From the NCBI GenBank assembly GCA_036488585.1, contig DASXHH010000009.1:64399-128398 (forward strand): a DNA stretch of 64,000 nt. Direction: 5' to 3'. Below, one piece after another: positions 56,818 through 64,000 of this stretch (position 1 is its first letter; every line of letters begins with the position of its first letter). Under the pieces are notes generated by a model. It worked only from the letters and a program-made list of their open reading frames with translations. It had not been told where the DNA came from and ran no database searches. The translations under genes were made by a program, and so were the position numbers. This DNA is from Candidatus Saccharimonadia bacterium (GTDB lineage Bacteria; Patescibacteriota; Saccharimonadia; UBA4664).

Positions 56818-57921
56818 CTATCCGGCCGGAGGCGGTGGCATCCAGTCGGTTGGCACCAGGCCATCCGCGTCGCGGCGAAGCCAGACTGTTCGGAACTGGT
56901 CGCGGTCGTGACGGAAAGCGGCGAGGCGCAGCGTGCGGCACAACGCCTGGTATGGTTCGTCGGCTTCAACGAAATCGAGCGCGCCGAGGGAAGCGTCGAA
57001 GTCGTAGGCCGCATTGGGCCGATGGCGGGTGGATGAGAGCGATTTCAGAACTATGGGGGCATGTCGTTCGACCGATATGCCGGCCAATATCGCTTGTACC
57101 ACCGGTGCAGGCAGCTCAGCAGACTCCGATCGAGCCGTGGCAATGCAGCGGAGCAAACGGTGAGCCGCGCGGCATTCGGGAAACAAACGCACGTTTGTAG
57201 CCAGCATTTCCGCGACCGCAAAGTGGGCTGGCTGCACGGAGCCAATGGCGCCCAAGAAGGTGGCCAGACGGGCAACCGACGAATAATGCTCGGTAACCCG
57301 CCGCATAACCCAGGCTCCGCGGTCATGGCGGTGACCCACTAGTGTAGCGGTGACCGCAGCCAGGGCTGGTGGGTAGAGGTCACTGAGACCGGCAGCGAGT
57401 GCAATCGCCTCATTGGTGTTGGTGGCAGCGGCAAGTCCGCCAGCTAGCTCACCAGCGGTGATGATGATGGCCCTACCAAAGGCATCCACCAATCCCCCGT
57501 CCCAAGTGGCGGCAGCGGTGGCACGCGATGTGCCGGCCAGTTGCTCCGCTAGACGGAGAAGGCTATCCGCATAACCGGCTACCAGACTCCAGTCGTCGAC
57601 GGGCCGGGCTTTTTCGATGGCCGCGAGGGGGTCGAGAGCATGCAGTGGCGTTGCTCGCAGGGTGAATTCGGAAGCCGGAACAAAGTCGTATGCACCATCG
57701 CGAGTACGCCAAGCCAGTAGTCCCGCCAGCCAGCCATTGCCGGTAGCGGCGGTCACGTGTCCGCACCAGAGGTGTGGGGTGCCGGCGTAGGTCTTGGTGC
57801 CGCGGTAGGCGTCCGGCTGAACCAGCACTGATAGCTGGCTGCGGGTGTCGACGCCGATTTGAAAGAACTCCGCCATCTGGGCGGCGGTTAGAGGCACAGC
57901 CAGGGGCTGAGTAACAAACAC
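56818..57921 (-). CDS. Hypothetical protein (Ala-rich, largely helical)
   Basis: 367-aa ORF; GGGAGG SD before GTG. Confidence 0.6.
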   Translation of the reverse strand: MFVTQPLAVPLTAAQMAEFFQIGVDTRSQLSVLVQPDAYRGTKTYAGTPHLWCGHVTAATGNGWLAGLLAWRTRDGAYDFVPASEFTLRATPLHALDPLAAIEKARPVDDWSLVAGYADSLLRLAEQLAGTSRATAAATWDGGLVDAFGRAIIITAGELAGGLAAATNTNEAIALAAGLSDLYPPALAAVTATLVGHRHDRGAWVMRRVTEHYSSVARLATFLGAIGSVQPAHFAVAEMLATNVRLFPECRAAHRLLRCIATARSESAELPAPVVQAILAGISVERHAPIVLKSLSSTRHRPNAAYDFDASLGALDFVEADEPYQALCRTLRLAAFRHDRDQFRTVWLRRDADGLVPTDWMPPPPAG

Positions 57922-58088
57922 ATTGCCTCCCAGGGCATTGGCTGGTTTTTGCCTATTTAAAGCTTAGCAAAAGATTTATTTGAGTAAACATATAGAATGA
58001 TGCGATTGTTTCGGGAACCTGGTCGGCCTAGATTAAGTGGTTTTGGTCAGCGGGGACAGTGACCATGATCACATCATTGTGCGCTTGA

Positions 58089-58130
58089 TGTACGAAGAGC
58101 CGCTTGGGTATCCAAGCGGCTCTTCGTACA
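58089..58130. terminator. 19-bp perfect inverted repeat
   Basis: TGTACGAAGAGCCGCTTGG-gtat-CCAAGCGGCTCTTCGTACA downstream of the GH26 gene. Confidence 0.7.
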
Positions 58131-58163
58131 AGTTCAGTTAGCGCCTATGGTGCCGAATGGTTG

Positions 58164-59837
58164 CTAGTAGGTCGGGTACCACTTCTGAGCGGTTGAGCCG
58201 TTGCAGGTATAGATCCAGATGGGGTTGCCGTTTAGGGTGCTGTTCCAGCGGTCGTCCAGGCAGAGGCCGGATTGCGGGTTCACGATCGTGTGGTTCGTCG
58301 TATTTACTACCCACTGCTGGGCACCGCTGCCATTACATTGGTACAGCTGGACCAATGTACCGGGCTTCGTGCCGCCCCAGTGCACATCCAGGCAGTAGCC
58401 ATTGGCGTTGACGATGGGGCCGCGGCTGGCACTGACGCGCCACTTCTGGGCATTGGTCTGGTTACAGGTATATAGATCGATCTTATTTTCGTTAACCTTG
58501 GCCGAGCGCCAATTGTCGAGGCATTTACCGGCTGGGCCGACGATTGATCCCAAGACTGAACCTACTACGGGAGTCGGAGTGGGGACCGGAGTCGGGACTG
58601 GGGTAGGAATGGGCGTGGGCTTCGGAGTCGGAGTGGGTGTGGGCAGGTGTGTGGGGGTTGGCGTAGGTGTGGCGACAGGCGTTGGCGTGGGCGTGGGCGT
58701 TTTGATTAACACCGGAGTAGCGCTCGTGGCGAAGGCCTTTTTATAGGCGGCGGTGGCGTTAGGGATGGCTGAGCCCAAGGCCTGGATACCATCGCCGCCG
58801 GTGTCGAAGTAGGCCTCGAAGGCGAAGTCATTGGAGTTAAACAGTTGGGCCATGTTGGTGACATAGGCGGTGTCGTCGGGACCGCCCTGGTTGAGTCCCC
58901 ACTCGGGTAAACTCATAGGCTTTGAGTTGGCCTTGGCGAAGGCCATGATGTTGGAAAGACTGGGGAAGCCGGCTCCAGGGTAACTGGATGAGTCGGTGTA
59001 GTAGGCCTGCCAGCCTTCCGCGGCGACGGTCGCCGAGTCATGGCAGTCGGAGTCGTAGGCGTCAGCCCCGATGATATCGACGTAGGCGTTGCCGGGGTAC
59101 CACTGGTTGATCGGGAAGTCTTGCGTACAGATGTTGGGGTTCCAGACGAAGATCAGATGAGAGCCGGTGACAGCGCGCATGGCTGTGACCTCATTGTCAT
59201 AGCACTTGGCCCAATCCGCGAGTTCAGTCGCGGACGAGCCGGTATAGTCGGTTTCCCAGCCGCCATTGGCCTCGATGCCGAGACGGATGACGATACCGCC
59301 GGCTCCATAGGAGACGAGATTCTTGGCGAGTTGCGTGGCGTATGAGTTGTAGGCGCCAGAAGCACAGGACTGTTCCCAGGCAAGGGGATTTGAGGTGCTG
59401 CCGGCCGACTGCGGGATGAGGTCGACGCCCAAGATCATCTGGTGGCCGGTGGAGAGCCAATGCTCCCAGCTGACCGAGTCGGCGGGGTTGGGGTCGTTGG
59501 TAAACTGCCAAGGCGCTACCCAGTCTGTCCAGGTTGGCGAAGGGTTAGCAAAGGTTTCGAGACAGTCATAGGTCACGCCGGTCGCGGCCTGGGCGGCGCT
59601 GATGTTGGCCTGGCTGACTTCTCCATACGGACCACCAGGCAACGTGATACAGTGCGTCTTGGTGTTGTCGCCAACGACGGCAGACGCGTGCGTGCCGACT
59701 AACAGCCGGAGTCCGACCGCGGAGAAGACGAGCACAAAGGCGACGGCCATGGTCACCGACCACTGGCGGACATTGAGAATAAACGGACGTTTTCGATTTG
59801 ATTTTTTTCTAGCGGGGGACGACGTCTTTTTTGGCAC
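58164..59837 (-). CDS. Surface GH26 family glycoside hydrolase + PT linker + ricin B lectin (CBM13)
   Basis: IRLGIEANGGW, FVWNPN, WYPGNAYVDIIGADAYD and KPMSLPEWG motifs; (PT)n; CLD...QxW triple repeat. Confidence 0.88.
   Translation of the reverse strand: MPKKTSSPARKKSNRKRPFILNVRQWSVTMAVAFVLVFSAVGLRLLVGTHASAVVGDNTKTHCITLPGGPYGEVSQANISAAQAATGVTYDCLETFANPSPTWTDWVAPWQFTNDPNPADSVSWEHWLSTGHQMILGVDLIPQSAGSTSNPLAWEQSCASGAYNSYATQLAKNLVSYGAGGIVIRLGIEANGGWETDYTGSSATELADWAKCYDNEVTAMRAVTGSHLIFVWNPNICTQDFPINQWYPGNAYVDIIGADAYDSDCHDSATVAAEGWQAYYTDSSSYPGAGFPSLSNIMAFAKANSKPMSLPEWGLNQGGPDDTAYVTNMAQLFNSNDFAFEAYFDTGGDGIQALGSAIPNATAAYKKAFATSATPVLIKTPTPTPTPVATPTPTPTHLPTPTPTPKPTPIPTPVPTPVPTPTPVVGSVLGSIVGPAGKCLDNWRSAKVNENKIDLYTCNQTNAQKWRVSASRGPIVNANGYCLDVHWGGTKPGTLVQLYQCNGSGAQQWVVNTTNHTIVNPQSGLCLDDRWNSTLNGNPIWIYTCNGSTAQKWYPTY
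58561..58700 (-). repeat. Pro-Thr linker repeat (coding)
   Basis: TPTPTPTPVATPTPTPTHLPTPTP... Confidence 0.8.
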
Positions 59838-59920
59838 GCGGTTACCCTTTTAAGCATAAGTATTATGTATATCAATATAACCATATCGCGGGTGGCGCGT
59901 CAACTGCGAGACACTGCGTT

Positions 59921-62023
59921 CTAGAAAAGCGGGGGCTGTTCACCCAACCCTTGCAGCTGTGACGAATCATTGCTCTGAGCATCGAAGAACTTGGGTGGGT
60001 TGAAGTATATTTGAGGATTTAAAGTGATCTCCTCGGCAACCTGGGACCCCAACCCACTACCCAGCCTCTTGTATCCAATGTCGTAGGCCATCAGGAAACC
60101 GTTTACCTGTAAGGTGCTCCGGCACGTACCACCCCAGGTGGTGTCACAGGTGTCAATGGTGCTGTCGGCAAATAAGTAGGCATCGACTCTCGTGACGGCG
60201 GCTTCAATCGCTATTTCGCTGGTTGGCCCGGCAATGATCCCAAGCGATGGCGCGGCTTTGGGCTGAGCGGAGGCACTGGTTATCACAATCGAGTTTGTAG
60301 CGCAGCCATTACCTCCAACGTATAGTGTCCCCGATTCTTGTACGATCGTGATGAGGTTACTTACCGTGCCGCAGATATTGGCGTTGCCGGATATATAGTA
60401 GACGCCCTTCCAGCTACTGATGTTATAGGTCCCACTGCCAAGTTTCGTCGCGTCAGGGGCGCCCGCGGCGAGGTAATTTTGGGCAGCCGTATACAGATCT
60501 GGACGACAGACTTGCGAATAAGCGCCGGCATTGCCCATGTTGAGTGAATTATTGCCGCCGGATCCGAAATTCGAGATAGAGCCATCGGTGGAAAGCACGT
60601 ACTGGGAATATGAACCGCCCCTAGCATTGCCAATGACCTGCCCACTGCTCATGGTCCCGCCGCATAATCCTCCACCAGCATGGACGTCACTATTGAGACC
60701 TACGACGCTTGGGTAGGAAATGGCAGCTACCCGGAATGTCACGGTCGTGTGAGCTACTCCCCCGCTTTGATCGGCCGGATAGTAATAAATGTCGAAGGTG
60801 ATTAGACTATCAGGCGCGGCCGTGGCTGGTACGGTGAAGGTCAGCGAAGTGGTAGTTAACCTGCCAACTGGAATACTTTGTGTGTTCCAGTACCAGTTAG
60901 GCCCGCTGACACCCGGCACCTCCGAGCCGGTAGAAGTGAAGCCACGGGTTATTTCGTAAGACGTCAGGGGTGATTGTTGCGGGTCGCTGCAGGCGCTCGC
61001 GCATGGTTTGGCTACGTTGCTGCCTGGTAACTGGACCTGTAAGGCGCCCGAGGTGGACGGATTGGGCCCAAGGTTTTGCACTGAGATGTCGATGGCGCCG
61101 GTTTGTCCGGGGAGTACGGTACTTACGGTTCCGCTGGCGGTAAGCTTCATATTGTAGCCCAAAATTTTGGGCAGTGAATCGAGCGTCCCTTCCACGTTGC
61201 TGCAATAGCGGTTAATCATGTAATTGCCGGTTGAGGATGAGAAGACAATCATTTGGGCGAGGTCACTAAAGGGGGTGCGGTAGGCAACCACATCATGGCC
61301 ATAATCTGCACCGTAACTGTCAACTATACCGGCTGGCAGAGCCATGGTTACATCCCAATTGACGTCACCGGCGGCGCTGGCGGCCAACACAAGGGTAGCC
61401 CAGGTATCGAACTCGGCTTTGGCATCATTTACACCGGTTATAAGGTTATCGCCAAAGACATATTGCGGACCGGTTGGTGGTGGCCCGGCCGAACCGGGGT
61501 AGTCAGTGTACGGACTACCGATCATAGTGAGCACCAAGAAGGCCGCTCCCGAGACTTTCCGGCGCCAGGCGGGACAGCCCGTATCCGGATCAAGGCCGCT
61601 ATTTTGGCTAATATCGGCGGGTGGGTTTGGCTGAGACAATACACAGCCCGGGCCTCCGGGGCTTGGGGCGTATAAATCGCTTTTGATGAAAGCGATGAAG
61701 TGCTGGGCATTGACGCTATTCGATAAGCTGCTCCCGGTACCGTAGGTTGGATCGCTGGGTCCCGGAAAAGCCCAGGTGCTGGCGGGGACGCCCGCTGGGT
61801 CACTGTAGGTAAAGATGGACGGAAGCAGCGTGTCATGGCCAACCACTCCGTTTAGCGGCGGAGCAGTGCCGTCTAGCCCAGTGAAGTAACCGATATTGAG
61901 ACACCGGCCGACTCTAATGGCGGAGCAGTCGGGAGCAGCCTGGGCGATTGGGAATAAACCCAATCCGCTCACTGTTATCAGCAAAATTATGGCGCCAATA
62001 GTCCACCTCGTTGGTCGTATCAA
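59921..62023 (-). CDS. Large secreted Cys-containing surface protein (Ig/DUF11-like middle)
   Basis: Signal peptide; VQNLGPNPS Ig-like motif; C-terminal VTRVDAYLFA..IDTC..L-VNG..AE-I. Confidence 0.7.
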   Translation of the reverse strand: MIRPTRWTIGAIILLITVSGLGLFPIAQAAPDCSAIRVGRCLNIGYFTGLDGTAPPLNGVVGHDTLLPSIFTYSDPAGVPASTWAFPGPSDPTYGTGSSLSNSVNAQHFIAFIKSDLYAPSPGGPGCVLSQPNPPADISQNSGLDPDTGCPAWRRKVSGAAFLVLTMIGSPYTDYPGSAGPPPTGPQYVFGDNLITGVNDAKAEFDTWATLVLAASAAGDVNWDVTMALPAGIVDSYGADYGHDVVAYRTPFSDLAQMIVFSSSTGNYMINRYCSNVEGTLDSLPKILGYNMKLTASGTVSTVLPGQTGAIDISVQNLGPNPSTSGALQVQLPGSNVAKPCASACSDPQQSPLTSYEITRGFTSTGSEVPGVSGPNWYWNTQSIPVGRLTTTSLTFTVPATAAPDSLITFDIYYYPADQSGGVAHTTVTFRVAAISYPSVVGLNSDVHAGGGLCGGTMSSGQVIGNARGGSYSQYVLSTDGSISNFGSGGNNSLNMGNAGAYSQVCRPDLYTAAQNYLAAGAPDATKLGSGTYNISSWKGVYYISGNANICGTVSNLITIVQESGTLYVGGNGCATNSIVITSASAQPKAAPSLGIIAGPTSEIAIEAAVTRVDAYLFADSTIDTCDTTWGGTCRSTLQVNGFLMAYDIGYKRLGSGLGSQVAEEITLNPQIYFNPPKFFDAQSNDSSQLQGLGEQPPLF

Positions 62024-62538
62024 GGCGACGCCTCCAAGGATTTAAGTAGCGCCCGGTAATCGGTTTGCCCGTAGAAGTTGTTGGGGTCGGACAGGGCAAC
62101 AGCTTGCTTATAGTAGGCAATGGCCGCTTGTTTGTTTCCCAAGGCGGCTTCTGATTCCCCGGCGCCGGCGGCGTCTTGCAGCTGGACTTTGCCCGTGATA
62201 GCTTCAGCCTCCTTGTACCATTGCAACGCTGCCGCGTAGTCATGGCGGTTGAGAGCCAACGTGCCCAACTGGAGCATAGGCTGATATTGATACTGCTTGG
62301 GCGGCTTAGTCTTCAGATAGTCCTGTAATACTTGGGCTTCAAGTGTGTACTGATGAGTGGCGTCGAGTTTCTGCGCTGCTGCTAGGGCCGCGGCCTCCGC
62401 TTGCCCAGGTTGTGGCATAGGCTTCGCCCGAAATAGGAATAGTGCTGCAGCCGCTGAAATCAAGACTATGATCAGTAATGTCGCTATAACGGTGATGGCA
62501 ATTCGTTTGCGAGGTCGCGGAACGGTGACCTGTGGCAT
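62020..62538 (-). CDS. Membrane-anchored TPR protein
   Basis: TM then LG-LA----DY--A--WY--A and G--EA-LG-K--AI-YY-QA. Confidence 0.75.
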   Translation of the reverse strand: MPQVTVPRPRKRIAITVIATLLIIVLISAAAALFLFRAKPMPQPGQAEAAALAAAQKLDATHQYTLEAQVLQDYLKTKPPKQYQYQPMLQLGTLALNRHDYAAALQWYKEAEAITGKVQLQDAAGAGESEAALGNKQAAIAYYKQAVALSDPNNFYGQTDYRALLKSLEASP

Positions 62539-62607
62539 ACCTTATATACTATGCCGCGTAGGCAGTAAGCTCAAGCGTTATTGAGCTTTATAGAGGTTTA
62601 GCTGGAT

Positions 62608-63255
62608 CTAACCAAGTTTCCGGCCTGTACTGATTGACTGGTTAATGAAACGAAGCGATTTAGGTGACTGCCAGGCGCCCAGACAAATTAGTATCTCGGC
62701 TAGAACCACGAAGCCGGTAAACAGACCACCTACAACCAACGCCATACGTACTTCGAACGGAAATATACCATCCGAGAACTTACGGTTTAGCTCGTGGTAG
62801 TCAATATTGCCTTTATGTACCACCGCGTAAGCGACTTCAGCCTTGGCTTTAAGATAGGTCACGCTCAACGAAAACCCTAAAGCCAAGACGGCGAAAATTG
62901 CGTATTCGGGATGTGCGCCTTGAATAAGATAGTAGGCGATGCCACCGTGGATGAACGTTTCCTTGATCCTGTCGGTTGACGCGTCAAGCAGCATACCGGC
63001 CGGGCTGGCCTGATTTGTAAGGCGCGCCAGCTCGCCATCCAGCGTATCGAACAAGCCAAATACAACCAGTAAGATGGCACTTGGCCATAGGTAGCCCTGG
63101 GTAATTAATAAAGCAATTGGGATATGGAGGATCAGACCCGCCCAGGTGATCATATTCGGAGTAATGCGACCACGCCCAACCTTATGGACCCAGGCTGCCA
63201 AGCGAGCCATTGGCTTGCGCACCGTCTTATTAACTTTCTCGAGCTTAAAAGCCAT
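62608..63255 (-). CDS. CDP-alcohol phosphatidyltransferase (PgsA/PIS-like)
   Basis: TPN-IT; D-LDGELAR------GMLLD---DR motif; SY/TYLKAKAE. Confidence 0.9.
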   Translation of the reverse strand: MAFKLEKVNKTVRKPMARLAAWVHKVGRGRITPNMITWAGLILHIPIALLITQGYLWPSAILLVVFGLFDTLDGELARLTNQASPAGMLLDASTDRIKETFIHGGIAYYLIQGAHPEYAIFAVLALGFSLSVTYLKAKAEVAYAVVHKGNIDYHELNRKFSDGIFPFEVRMALVVGGLFTGFVVLAEILICLGAWQSPKSLRFINQSISTGRKLG

Positions 63256-63342
63256 ACCCCAACAATACGCTATTTTTAATTGGGGCGATTCATGGAATGA
63301 AAGATTGGGATGGTGACGAGGACTGTGGGGGAAATACTATAG

Positions 63343-63837
63343 CTACGCCAAGGTCGAGCGCACAAACCACAATTGAAACTCATGTCGGCGCAGAACATCG
63401 CTTATTAGCATATCGTTCGTGCCCATATCGCCCAGCTCACCGGTTTTATCAATGGCCACCCGCAGGTTCTTGATGAACCGTTGATGGACAATGCACAAAT
63501 TCTTTGCCATGGCCCGGGGCTCGTGATGAGGGTCGGGCGGCTCCTCGAGGGTCTTGTTGCCAATGACGTCAGCCGGCATTCCGGGCGCTTTTGACCCGAG
63601 GGTGCGAATTCTCTCCGCGATTAGATCGATCAAAGGGATCTGTTCTGTGGCATGCTTGTCGAAGAGCAGGTGGTATTCATAAAAATCACTGCCTTCCACA
63701 TGCCAGTGGTATTTTTTGTAAAGGTTTTGAATAAAAATGGTATCGGCGAGAATCGGCACCAGCAGACCCGCTGTTTGAGTGGCAATGCTCTCTTCTATTG
63801 CTAAATGCGTTTGGTCATCCTGACGGTCTGCGTTCAT
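63343..63837 (-). CDS. dps: Dps DNA starvation/stationary phase protection protein
   Basis: KKYHWHVEG-DF--YHLLFD, D-IAERIR-LG and WFVRS motifs. Confidence 0.93.
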   Translation of the reverse strand: MNADRQDDQTHLAIEESIATQTAGLLVPILADTIFIQNLYKKYHWHVEGSDFYEYHLLFDKHATEQIPLIDLIAERIRTLGSKAPGMPADVIGNKTLEEPPDPHHEPRAMAKNLCIVHQRFIKNLRVAIDKTGELGDMGTNDMLISDVLRRHEFQLWFVRSTLA

Positions 63838-64000
63838 GTTTGGTCCCCCCTTTGATGTTAGCTAATTGTTCCGCAAAGAAGGGGCAATGAATCCGTTACA
63901 AACTCCAAATAGAAATTATACCGAAACAAGAGCGACGCAGATTTCATAGAAATAGCCGTTAACGCCGGCAGGGGCCAGGCGGTAGGATTTAAGTCAACTT

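Noticed and set aside
54170-57921. Prophage or mobile element around the phage-like phosphoesterase
   Set aside because: No integrase, transposase, structural genes or att-like direct repeats seen.
63875-63900. TGTAAC upstream of dps (minus strand) as a fourth ECF promoter
   Set aside because: No CGTT at 16-nt spacing.

Overview
This is a gene-dense bacterial chromosome segment in genetic code 11. Several features point to Candidatus Saccharibacteria (Patescibacteria/CPR), probably a GC-rich soil lineage: the short AtpH, AtpZ with DTTWRMFVP, N-terminally extended GuaA, stand-alone receiver proteins and many low-complexity surface proteins. This assignment is an inference from protein style. 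Core content: complete F1Fo ATP synthase operon, oxidative pentose phosphate operon (pgl-gnd-zwf), guaA, msrA, dps, acylphosphatase, ZIP and MFS transporters, an ArsR-VOC-SRPBCC-hydrolase operon, a two-component cluster, a MoxR-DUF58-VWA operon and lipid enzymes (cls, cfa, CDP-alcohol phosphatidyltransferase, secreted lipase). I saw no rRNA, tRNA, CRISPR array, transposase or integrase. Best leads: (1) F420-type enzymes wired divergently to, and partly inside, the oxidative PPP operon, suggesting use of a host (actinobacterial) cofactor; (2) a three-gene cell-wall-engaging module (membrane lysozyme-like pseudoenzyme, CHAP+GH73 hydrolase with a ~235-nt leader, membrane DUF4230-like protein); (3) a BldN/RsbN-like ECF sigma module with three TGTAAC-N16-CGTT promoters, two of them superimposed as one palindrome; (4) pervasive leaderless-type gene starts; (5) a frameshifted mscS, a beta-carbonic-anhydrase-like orphan, a 21-His miniprotein, a Myb-like/phosphoesterase fusion and a possible CLec-fold protein. 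All family assignments come from motif recognition by eye, without database searches.
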